From: Hormiphora californensis
Lineage: Eukaryota; Animalia; Ctenophora
Direction of reading: 5' to 3'
Length of the DNA: 64,000 nt
Assembly: GCA_020137815.1 (NCBI GenBank)
Contig: CM035352.1
Span: 8,928,001 to 8,992,000, forward strand
The translations under genes were made by a program, and so were the position numbers. Below, in pieces: positions 50,085 to 61,503 of the stretch (positions within the stretch are counted from its first letter, which is position 1; each line of letters opens with the position of its first letter). Below the pieces are notes generated by a model. It did no database searches, was not told where the DNA came from, and was given only the letters and a program-made list of their open reading frames with translations.

Positions 50085-50336
50085 AGTGGTTCAGGAGAGC
50101 GTGGTTACCCTGCAAAGGGAGTGGTGCAGGAGAGCGTGGTTACCCTGCAAAGGGAGTGGTGCAGGAGACCGTGGCTACCCTGCAAAGGGAGTGGTTCAGG
50201 AGAGCGTGGCTACCCTGCAAAGGGAGTGGTTCAGGAGAGCGTGGTTACCCTGCAAAGGGAGTGGTTCAGGAGACCGTGGCTACGCTGCAAAGGGAGTGGA
50301 TCAGGAGACCGTGGCTACCCTGCAAAGGGAGTGGAT
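50085..50336 (+). repeat. 35-bp minisatellite, ~7 copies
   Basis: GAGTGGTTCAGGAGAGCGTGGTTACCCTGCAAAGG. Confidence 0.93.
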
Positions 50337-51444
50337 GGGCAGGCAGGTGAACCCACAGATGACAGGGTTTCTATTGGCGGACTGGAGTTCGTTCCTGGGC
50401 CGGTGGGACCGAGCGAGGGATTTGGCTCGAATAATTTATATAAGGAAATATATCACAATATTGACGACATCGTATCACTATAAGATTAGCTTTTTACAAT
50501 TAAATTATATATACTGACTTTAGTCAATGGAAGACCATGGAAGAGCCATGGAGAGGAGGCACTGAAGGCACTGAGGGAACAAGGATCTTCCATCGAAAAA
50601 AAAAGGTCCTAAAAACCAAACATGAATAGTTTGCGAGAGAGAGAATTTCTCCACACCGCGCTTAGGGTCCTAAAATCCAAGAAGAAAAGTGTTAGGGTCA
50701 GCACGCGCGGCTTCTAACTTTTGTAGTTGTACGAGGCCGCGCGCACTGGCAGAGCGAGATTTATTTATTCCAATTTGTCCGACGTTTTTATATATTTTAA
50801 CAGTTCCAAAACAACAAATCAAAGCATGTGTTAGCAGTCAACAAAATCAAAGAATCAAAGTTATCATAGATCCTAGTTAATGAGTTCTCTCCAATTAGCA
50901 AGGTAGAACAAATGGCGACGAAGATGGTAAGCAGCATAGAAGCTTGGGACGGACAAGCTGACTCTTTAAGAGGATGGTTGGACCGGTTAACGCAAAGGCA
51001 GGAGGAGATCACAGTTATATGGTTTTCAGCCTCTTCAGAGCCTATCTACTACAGCTATTGCCTCATGGACTCGTATTCAGTGATTTGATCGTTCATGTTC
51101 CATATATATTACATATTTTCATAAATAATGGAACAGTTTCCATAATAATGGTATGTCCATTTATTAGGAGGCGATGAGAAGCCCGCCGAGTTGATTGCCC
51201 GTGGGATCATTGGCCACCTCGAGCAATTGGGCATTGATACGAAGGCGATTAGAGTGTGATGGTACCAACACAAACATGGGACGATGTGGAGGTAAAGCAT
51301 CACGATTATAACGCATATAAAAAAGAAGTAATTCTGCCATAGAAATTATATATAAGAGAGAAGAGTCCTATTAAGATTCACTATTCATTTCCATAATTAG
51401 AACAAACCCCTTCCAATAATTCATATTATATTCTAACTTGTGAT

Positions 51445-52695
51445 GGGGGGGCCGTCACCTTTTTTTTGTCTACTTTTGTCTACTTTTGTCTACAGCACTT
51501 TGAAAATTTCAGTGCAAAGTAGACAAAAGTAGACAAAAGTAGACAAAAGTAGACAAAAGTAGACAAAAAATTTTCAAGTACAGAAAACAATTTCTGCATT
51601 TTCTGTAATTGTTATGTATTTTCATATTATACTTTGGATATATTTTTATTAATTATTCATATTCCAATGGCCCCTTCTTTATTCCTAAATTATAAAACTT
51701 TAAGAACAATTACTGTAAACGAGTGTAGACAAGCGCAGTTTGGGGGGTGTTTGGGGGTAAAGAGGGGGCAATTGAAGTCACAAACACCCATACACACATA
51801 AACATAGTCCCAATAGAGACCATGGAAATTCATATCAAGGATAGAAGTTGTTTTCTAAACTTGAAAAATTTTTTGTCTACTTTTGTCTACTTTTGTCTAC
51901 AGGTGTTCCTAAAGTGTTCCTAAAGTGTTCTAAGAGTGTTTGGGGGTAAAGAGGGGGCAATTGAAGTCACAAACACCCATACACACATAAATAAAGAACA
52001 TGGAAACACATATCAAGGATAGAAATCGTTTTCTAAAATTGAAATTTTTTGTCTACTTTTGTCTACTTTTGTCTACAGGTGTTCCTAAAGTGTTATAAGA
52101 GTGTTTGGGGGTAAAGAGGGGGCAATTGAAGTCACAAACACCCGTACACACATAAATATAGTCCCAATAGAGAACATGGAAATACATATCAAGGATAGAA
52201 ATTTATTGGGAATTGTTTTCTAAATTTGAAATTTTTTGTCTACTTTTGTCTACTTTTGTCTACAGGTGTTCCTAAAGTGTTCTAAGAGTGGTTGGGGGTA
52301 AAGAGGGGGCAATTGAAGTCACAAACACCCTTACACACATAAATAGAGAACATGGAAATACATATCAAGGATAGAGATCGTTTTCTAAACTTAAAATTTT
52401 TTGTCTACTTTTGTCTACTTTTGTCTACAGGTGTTCCTAAAGTGTTCTAAGAGTGTTTATGGATAAAGGGGAGCAATTAAAATCGAAATTACTAATAGAA
52501 ACGTAGATAAAGTGTATGAGAATACTTCATAAGTGCAGAAAATGTTTAAAAATTTCTTAACTTGAAAAAAAAGTTTTGTCTACTTTTGTCTACTTTTGTC
52601 TACATTTGTCTACTTTTGTCTACTTTTGTCTACATTTTCATTTTCAAAATCTGGTGCAATGTTCCTGTAGACAAAAAAAAAGGTGACGGCCCCCC
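51445..52695. mobile_element. Non-autonomous TIR element (MuDR/Merlin-like ends) with (TTTTGTCTAC)n and ~170-200-bp internal repeats
   Basis: TIR GGGGGGCCGTCACCTTTTTTTTGTCTAC; TSD (C)TTGTGAT 7-8 bp; empty site visible in the paralog at ~46555-46600. Confidence 0.88.
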
Positions 52696-53669
52696 TTGTG
52701 ATTCCCCAGTAGCTTTTCATGTCACTACCAAGGTCCCGATCGATTGGACGCAATTTGCTAGAGGTGAACCTCTGGAGAGGAGGCCCATGGACAGTGTAAT
52801 TGTAGTTCCAGGAGGCCATGTCTTGGAAATTGTATACTGAGTATTGTATACTGACTTTAGTCAATGCTATTGTCTAGGTGAAGTCAGGCGAGATCGAGAT
52901 TATAGACGATGAAGATTGCGACCAGGACGTCTCTCGGTGTGAAAACCCCTTACGAGGACAGCCAAGACTGCACATCAGACTGGCATATCGGATAGAAACT
53001 TGTGCCGGAACATCCTGGCTTACCATTGGGTGAGCTACTCAAACTAAGGATATAATTTATTTGATTAGTTATATTACAGTCGGACCCCGATTTAGGGACC
53101 CCCGATTTAGGGACACCCCGATTTAGGGACAGGATTTTTTCCCCCAAAAATTTTTTGAATTTTTTTTGTGAAATTTTTTGTGAAATTTTTTTGAAAAATT
53201 TTCAAAAAGATACCAGCCACGTCCGAATCGTGTTTCGAATCAGTGAATCTTATCGCATGTCCTGCTGCTAATTAGAAGTTTCGGAACGAACCGATACGTG
53301 ATCCCCATGCGGCCATTGAATCACAAGTTCACCAAGCGTCAAAATTTCGATTCGATGGGGATCACTTTTCGATTCGTTCCGAACCGTCTAATTAGCAGCA
53401 GGACATGTGATAAGATGTACCGATTCAAAACATGATTCGGACGTGGCTGGTATACGTTTAAAAAATTTTACAACTTTTTTGCAAAATTTTACAGTACGAT
53501 TGTCAATGCTTTGATCGGTGCTCCCCATAAATTTTGAGAGAAAAAGTTATTTTGAAATTTTCATACTTCCTAACCCGGTTAGGGTGCCCCGATTCACAGT
53601 TCTCTCAAAACATTTTCTCTTGTGCTTGTCCAGTTCTTTTAACAGTTGCTGTAACCTTATACCTTGGGT

Positions 53670-54737
53670 ATGTCCCGTACTCTGCTTAATGCTGCGAATA
53701 CGGGATACACGAGTTTGACCAAAATTAAAGCGCAGATCGACAAGGTGATCCAGTCATCCGGAAAAAGTAAAGAGGATACCATCAAGGAGTACAAGAAGCT
53801 CATGGAATGGGTGACAGGGGTGCTCGACAGGGATCTACCAGCAATCCAACGTGTTTTGCAGGGGAGTGAGGGCATTGCTAAACTGCAGAAAGAAAATACA
53901 GACTTGAATGGAGAGGTAAGTGTCTTGACAGCGAAGAATGCAGATCTTTGGAAGGTGAATGAGAAGTTGACAGACTACAGCAAGGTAACTGATAAGGTCC
54001 AGGAAATGCTGACCGAATTCAAGCGGGACCTCCCTGATCCAGCCCATTCTCAAGTTGATGTCACCATGAAGAAGGAGATCAAGGATGCAGTAAAGGACAA
54101 CCTGAAGGAGGTCATGACTGAAGCTGTGAACAAGATCGTGAATACCGATAAAATGAAGAAGACATTTGCTGAGGTTGTTAATAACTCCCAGAACATCATC
54201 AAAAAGGAAACAAAGAAGTGTTTCGACGAAAGTCTATCTTCTGCCCTGCAGGAGAGCCAGAACGAAATTGTCGCTAAGACTACAGCCCGACAAGAGGACG
54301 ATCAGTTTGAAAAAGAGAGGAGAGTCCGGAACGTGACAATTGTCAACATTCCTGAAAGTTCTCTTCCTGAATCCAAGGATAGGGAGGAAGCTGATGCAGT
54401 GTTTACCAGTGAATTACTGCAGATACGGAGAAACCAGGTAATAACTTGCTACCGAGCTGGTCCCCCGATCGGGACAGGTTCAAACAAGGATAAAGAGGGA
54501 CCACGACCCCTAATTGTTATCTTGGAGACTCCTGAGCTGGCCAAGTCTAAGCACAAATATGGTAACGGAGATAGACTAATTGTTGATGGAGTGATTTACT
54601 GGGTGAACCCCGACCTGACTCGGGCGGAAAGGAAGGCAAACTGGCGGGCAAGGGCGAAGAGGAAGGATCGGGCCAGGAGAAGAGAAGATGGGGGTACCGC
54701 ACCAGATTCGGGAAACTCCGCCATCGTTGTGACGTAA
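53670..54737 (+). CDS. LINE ORF1 (coiled coil plus RRM-like/CTD region)
   Basis: Uninterrupted ~355 aa; KTFAEVV, ERRVRNVTIVNIPES, YRAG, PRPLIVIL, YWVNPDLTRAER motifs typical of CR1/L2-group ORF1. Confidence 0.85.
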   Translation: MSRTLLNAANTGYTSLTKIKAQIDKVIQSSGKSKEDTIKEYKKLMEWVTGVLDRDLPAIQRVLQGSEGIAKLQKENTDLNGEVSVLTAKNADLWKVNEKLTDYSKVTDKVQEMLTEFKRDLPDPAHSQVDVTMKKEIKDAVKDNLKEVMTEAVNKIVNTDKMKKTFAEVVNNSQNIIKKETKKCFDESLSSALQESQNEIVAKTTARQEDDQFEKERRVRNVTIVNIPESSLPESKDREEADAVFTSELLQIRRNQVITCYRAGPPIGTGSNKDKEGPRPLIVILETPELAKSKHKYGNGDRLIVDGVIYWVNPDLTRAERKANWRARAKRKDRARRREDGGTAPDSGNSAIVVT

Positions 54738-54745
54738 GGACTTTA

Positions 54746-57700
54746 ATGCACTCAACTGCTAATATTGACAGTCATCTCAAGATATATTACACAAATGCCA
54801 ACGACTTAAAAAATAAAATACATGAGTTAGAACTCACGGCTAAACTCAATGACTGCAAGGTTCTTGGTGTAACGGAAACTATGTTCAGTGACGAGATTGT
54901 AGACGCTGAAGTGTCTATTGCTAATTTTAAGCTATTCAGAGTAGATAGGCAAAGTAAAGGAGGCGGTTCGTGTCTTTATATTCATGATTCGATTCAGTGT
55001 CACGAAATAATAATCAATGTCCCTGAATGTGCTTGCGTCAAAATAATGTTTGATACAATTTCCATTGTGCTATTCATTGTATACCGTGCACCTTCACTGT
55101 CCCTAATTGAAAATAAATGTATGTTAGATAGCTTATCTGTGGCAGTAAAACAAATGTCTGCTGAACATGAAATTATTATGATGGGGGACTTCAACCTCCC
55201 TGATGTTTTGTGGGATGTAGGTGTAGTCGCATGTCCGTTTAACCCATTAGTGCCCAGATATCGAAATTTTTGAAGAAATTTTCCAATTTTTTGGGAATAG
55301 TGCCCTAGCAGCACCAATATGGTAAGTTGAAAAGCGGAAGTCTCTATCTTATCGGGAAGTGCTTAAAACAACCTGTTGCGAAAACGCATCACTGGCACGT
55401 CCCATTTTCGCAACACTTTTCGAAGTCATTTTACAGCTAAAATTATGATGCAATCATTTTAAAATTTCACTTAACAGACTTCAATCTGTTATGAAAATAA
55501 TTTGTGATATCTAGTTTTTGTCTCCGGGCAAGTTTAAAATTCGTTGCGTTTTCGCAACAACATTCGCAGCCTGTTAACAGCTAAACATTCAATAATTTTT
55601 TTCAAACTAAGTTATTAATGGCAGTCTAGTAATAGTAGAAATAGTTTGTGATAGTCAGACTTAAGCTTGGGGCAGCTTAGAGTTTCGTTGCGTTTTCGCA
55701 ACACCTCATTCGACAGCAAATCTGGCCATCTCGTACAGTGTTTTTGACTTCTATACTACTGAGCAGCACCGTAAAGGTCTTACTACGGTATCTATGGGGA
55801 ATTTGAAGGAAATCAGAAAGGTTGCGTTTCCGCAACATGCAAAAATGTCAGCAAATAGTGCCACCCTCACACCAATATAATTTCATTATGAAATAGCAGT
55901 TAAATTATCACTAAACTTGATTTGAACCGACATTGGGTGAATCATATCGATATTGGAAGGTGGGAGATCATGTTGGATTAGAAAATAAGGTTGAATATTT
56001 GTAGATTTGACCGAAAATTCATGAAAATATAGTGTTTAGTGTGGGGGTATAGCCACTTTCAAGCCCAGTGGGCATATCGTTAGCCATTCTGTGTCTCCCA
56101 GGCCATAATCACTCACTGGGGCGTCCTCTGAGTTGTCCCAGGTGTTTCCCGGAGACTCCTGAGAGCTCGCTGAGCCGCTCTAGATACTCCCTAAAAAGTC
56201 CTATATACTCCATGAAACGTACTGGGACCTCCAAGGTGCTCCCTGAGTCGCCCAAGGCGCTTTCGGGGACCTCTCAAACGCTCTTTTAGGCGTCCTGTAT
56301 GCCCCTTGAGTCGTCTTGAGACCTCCCAGGTACTCCCTGAGTCGTTCAGTGTACTCGGTGAGTCCTCCTACGCTCCCCTGGGTTGTTTCAGGCGCTCTCT
56401 GAGTTGTTGCTGGTGCTCTCTGAGTCGTCCCAGACGAACACTGGGACCTCCTGGGTGCTCCATTTGCCGTTTCGGATGCTCCTTGATTCGTCCTGGGACA
56501 TCCCAGGTGCTCCCTGAGTCGTCCACTTTGCTCGAGGAGTCCTCCCACGCTCCCCTGGGTTGTTTCAGGCGTTCCCTGAGTTGTTGCTGGTGGTCTCTGA
56601 GTCATCCCAGACGATCACTGGGACCTCCTGGGTGCTCCATTTGTCGTTTTGGATGCTCCTTGATTCGTCCTGGGACATCCCAGGTGCTCCCTGAGTCGTC
56701 CACTTTGCTCGAGGAGTCCTCCCACGCTCCCCTGGGTTGTTTCAGGCGTTCCCTAAGTTGTTGCTGGTGGTCTCTGAGTTGTCCCAGACGATCACTGGGA
56801 CCTCCTGGGTGCTCCATTTGCCGTTTTTGATGCTCCTTGATTCGTCCTGGGACATCCCAGGTGCTCCCTGAGTCGTCCACTTTGCTCGAGGAGTCCTCCC
56901 ACGCTCCCCTGGGTTGTTTCAGGCGTTCCCTGAGGTGTTGCTGGTGGTCTCTGAGTCGTCCCAGACGATCACTGGGACCTCCTGGGTGCTCCATTTGCCG
57001 TTTTGGATGCTCCTTGATTCGTCCTGGGACATCCCAGGTGCTCCCTGAGTCGTCCACTTTGCTCGAGGAGTCCTCCCACGCTCCCCTGGGTTGTTTCAGG
57101 CGTTCCCTAAGTTGTTGCTGGTGGTCTCTGAGTTGTCCCAGACGATCACTGGGACCTCCTGGGTGCTCTCTTTGCCGTTCTGGGTGCTCCCTAAGTCGTG
57201 CCGGGTGCCTCTAGCTCGTCCCAGATGTCCCACGAGGTCATAGGTTAGACATATCAAACACTAGAATCGTTAATAACAAGATAAAAATGGCCCAGAGTCA
57301 TTTACAGTACTAAATTGTTTACTTTATAGATGTTGCGAAAACGCAACGATTGGAAACGGTTCATATACACACTTTCAACCAACCACAGTTGTAAAATGTA
57401 ATGTTTATAAGCATACTGATGTATAATTTTGCTAAATATCCCACTAAATGACTCAGAAACCGGCAGAAACAGCCAAAAAGTGTGTTGCGAAAACGCAACG
57501 ATAAATCGTTTGAGTTGATTTTTTTGCTTTAATCGATTTTAAAAAATATAAAAAGTCACCAAAAATAGCCCTATAATTTTTATTTATTTTAAATTGCCCC
57601 TTAACATGCTTTGAAAACCTCCAATATATGCCCCGTGCCAGTGTAGCGTTTCCGCAACCCACTTGTTTGAGGCTCTACAGGGCCAACAGGAAATCCGTTT

Positions 57701-58682
57701 GAGATCTAGTTTTTTTACAGAAACATCTCTGAACATTTCTCTAACTGATCAGCTATGTGTCATATCGGTAACTAGTCGAGATATATTACATAAATGCACA
57801 TTTATGTGCATTAGTCCGAATGCCAGAAATTGGTACTTTTTGATTGATAATTACGGAAATTAGGGTCAATTTAGAAAACTTTTTAATGACTAAAATTTTA
57901 GTTCGAACGATTCTCTAGTGATGTGTGGTGGTTACAGCATTTCAAATGCTCATATCTAGCCGTAATACGCCTCCAAACCTGGGTTGCGATAACGCGTCAC
58001 AGGTCACTAATGGGTTAATACCTCTAATCAAAAGTATATAATTCAGCAATTGTTTCTAGATTTCTTCGTGCAACATGATCTCACCTGGGTTATCGGCGAT
58101 GGTGTTAAAACTCGCAGGCGTCAAGTTTTAAATGAACTACAGGCAGCAACACTTGATAATGTCCTAACGTCAGACAACAACATCTTTGCTGATGTACATG
58201 TGACCGCACCTCTGGGAAAATCAGACCATGTCGGAATTATTAGCTCCTGGCGCATATCCAACAACTCGGAGTACATGCCTCATGAGAAGCGGAACTGGTC
58301 AAAAATGTCCCCGGAAAAGATCATAGCTGCTAATCACAATCTACAATGGGAGTGCAGTTCAGACTCAGTGGATATTCTATGGAAGAGCATGCATGCCAAT
58401 GCTATGAAGATTGTTGACCTGGTACCTATCAGCAAGATCCGTGTATCTCACACGGGTGCAGTGAAAACAAAATCCGTGTGGGACCGCCCTTGCCTTGAGA
58501 AGGCCAGGAAGCAGAAAGAGAAACACTGGGCTGAGTTTGAGAACTTTCCAACACATCGCAATCTTAGCATAGCCCTTAGCAAGCAGGGTGTGTTTGACAG
58601 GTGCCAAAATTCGTATGCTGAGTACATGTCTGCTAATCCGTCGCTAGCTAAATTAAAGGGAATTAACACCAACATGTTTTAG
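54746..58682 (+). CDS. LINE ORF2-derived APE endonuclease (386 aa after removing the piggyBac insertion)
   Basis: YTNAN, VTETMF, DRQSKGGG, VYRAP, MGDFNLP (54746-55242) join in frame (ACPF|NTSNQKYIIQQLFLD) to TLDNVL and GKSDH (58019-58682). Confidence 0.85.
55243..58014. mobile_element. Non-autonomous piggyBac element, 2.77 kb
   Basis: TTAA TSD (55239-55242, 58015-58018); TIR CCCATTAGTG(C/A)CC; recurrent GTTGCG(AAAA/TTTT)CGCAAC palindromic motifs; excision restores the host ORF. Confidence 0.93.
56290..57200 (+). repeat. 177-bp tandem repeat, ~5 copies, inside the piggyBac element
   Basis: TGCTCCTTGATTCGTCCTGGGACATCCCAGG recurs at 56477, 56654, 56831, 57008. Confidence 0.93.
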
Positions 58683-61503
58683 AGAACCGAACTGTTTTAA
58701 TGGTCAATGTATGTGCCTGATGCACATTTCAATGTATATTTTTAATTACTATTGTGGGAAATGGAAGTGAGTTTAGACGTAATTTGCGTAGAGTGAATTT
58801 CGAGTTGGCCGTGTGGCCAAAATCTTTATTATTATTATTATTATGGTATCACGTATCGGTTCGTTTTGAACCCGCTAATTAGACAGGACATCCAGTAAGC
58901 TGCACTGATTCGAAACACAAATCGGACGGGCTGGTATAACTTAGAAAATTTTTCCACATTTTTTTTGAAAAAAAATTATTTTATATTTTCCTATTTCTAA
59001 TCAGAAATGATCATGTCATCAATATATGAATATTGCATATATAACAGTTAGAGGTGTCTTTAGTCTTAATAATATAGGATGTTGGGCATAAAATAGGTTT
59101 TTATGGGTCAAATATGGCTCACCCCGATTTAGTGGACACCCCGATTTAGTGGACAAGACCCTTTCCCCCGAGGCTGTCCCTAAATCGGGGTCCGACTGTA
59201 TTAACAATGAACGAATGTAATATCACAATTGGACAGAATATTGTGACGGGCAAACTTCTTTACAAACCGGTATCAAAGAAAACCATCTCTCGTTCCCGGT
59301 GGTGTATTCAATATTCTGAACCCTACTACAGATTGGAACCGGTCGTCATCTGTACAATGCACGATTTAATTTCCAGCTACAACGAAAGCTTAGTATCCTC
59401 ATCTCAAAGGATATCCTTATCTTTAAATCTACTGTGTCTTGAAGAAGGTTTAACTGCCGAAAAACTACGTAGTTAGATGTTATATTATACAATTCAATAA
59501 AACTTACGTAGTTAGATGTTATATTATACAATTCAATAAAACTTGTGGAGGAGAGGACCTAAGAAACGTTATGGGAAGACACAGGAAATTGTGTTGGGCA
59601 AACTTCATAACAAACCATAACAAAGGGGCTATCACCAAGTACAATCTGATTTATGTTTTGTTATTTATGTTTTAATATTTATCTATTTTGAGCTTCTTTA
59701 ACTAAGAAGAACGGTTGATATTTTAAACGGGACTGATATTTATGAAGAGACTTCCTGTTGCAATGCTAGTGGATGCCATTATAGGAATATGTAATATTCC
59801 AAAATTCCTAAAATGTGTTTGTTACCCACTTCCGACTCCAGTCGACTGCAGTCCAGCCAGGGGAAATGACAACACACCATCAGGTCCTAGCAATTCCGAG
59901 GACGTCTTCCTTCTCCCAAACACCTTCAATGTGCGGCCTACCACCCCAACCAACCCTATTCATCCCTTCTACTGTTAAATGCTGGGACTGGAGGCTTGAA
60001 CACTGTTCCAGGAACTTCCTACAATGTGTCCGGAACAGAATGAACGAACACACGACAGAAAATGGAAGCCCTCTTCAATAAAGAGAGACGAAAAGTTGGC
60101 GAAAATTGTAAAATCTTACTATGATTTTGGATCAACCGTAGACTTTTTGAATTGTATAGCGAGCACTAACACTGCTAGTAGTAGTACATAGTGTGAACTT
60201 GCTTGACTTGCATAGTGCATAGTTTGGGTAAAAGATCCCATGTCCATATAATGACCTGTATAACAGAATGAACTAACACAGAGAACGAAAAGGGAGAACA
60301 AAAACAAGAATATTTAATTAATGAAATTTATAAATCTAGAATAAAATGGTCATGTTGTTTATAAAAACCAGATTAAACGAACGGTACGCAATTAGCAGAA
60401 CCTCCGACTGAATACGACATAAGATATGACTGATGAGAATAACAATAGGGAGAACAAGAGAGTTCCCTCACCAACCCTATCCATCCCGGAGAAGATGTCA
60501 GGGATTCCTTGGAGAAGTTGAACAAGGCGAGCATTCATCGATGCAAACCCTAGGGGAAACCATCCATGATGAATTCCAACCCAGCAAAGTTAGGAGCACG
60601 GAACTTACGACGCAGTAAGGAATATTCTAGTTGTATTTGGAAGTGAAGTTATGACCACTGACTGATATTGAGATGAAATAGGGGATGAGGAGAAAAGACG
60701 GTCTCCGGCTTATTCGGAACGAGAGAGCTCCCTCACCAACCCTATCCATCCCTAGAGAAGATGTCAGGTAGAACCCTTCCTGGCTTTGTATCTTCAGGGC
60801 CGCCGTACACCGGGCGAGGACAGGAACCTACCCAAACAGGGAGGAGGCCGTAAAGGCATGCTGTATCGCCGTGAAGGAACTCAAAGGTGTATACACCATT
60901 GATAACGCAGTTTCTGCTATTGGGCGGGCACAGAAACAATCCAAGAAGTAGAGGCGGAGGAGGCCCGGCTCCAAATGGGGCCGGAGGCTCCTAGAGAGAG
61001 GAGGGTCTACCCCTTGAGGGAGGTCCTCTTCGATCTCCGAGGGTGGTGCACAGTCACCATCCAGGAACATACAGATTTAGATTCCATAACTTCAGCTACA
61101 GTATCAGTCCACTACCTTTGTATCCACCTTTGGATCCACCAAGCAGTTGCATTATGATGCACAACTTTTTCCTCCGATTTGTGAGTCTAGCTCAGTGACT
61201 ACATGCAGAAGCTTGGAATCTTCTTGAAGTACCGTGGCTGTTACACAACGTATGTATAGTATGTATATAATATGGGGTATGTATGAAGAGGAGCATCACA
61301 AGATCACACCTGGAGTGCATTATAGCGGGGGGGGGGGGGGTCGGAGCGGAGTTTACCAAGGATGGATACTGGTTAGCGAGGCCATACTTGGGGTTTTAAT
61401 TAATGTTCTCACTTTTACATTTTTTGTGTTAAGACCAGATGCAAGGACACTCGAGTGGTGCATTGCACACAGAACGAAGATCTATCTGGACGAAGATAAC
61501 AGG

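Larger units (their letters stand above)
53570..58843 (+). mobile_element. CR1-group LINE with ORF1 and APE endonuclease but no RT; 5' boundary approximate
   Basis: ORF1, ORF2 with complete APE motifs, short 3'UTR, hairpin TTGGCC-GTGT-GGCCAA (58804-58819) and (TTA)n tail to 58843. Confidence 0.85.
53077..59198. mobile_element. Tc1/mariner-type non-autonomous element carrying nested insertions
   Basis: 23-bp TIR CAGTCGGACCCCGATTTAGGGAC; TA TSD; CCCCGATTTAG subterminal repeats; flanks rejoin into the motif TTAGTTATAT..TTAACAATGAACGA seen at ~47298 and ~48072. Confidence 0.9.

Noticed and set aside
56201-57214. ORFs within the piggyBac element
   Set aside because: Translations of the 177-bp tandem repeat; no DDD transposase.
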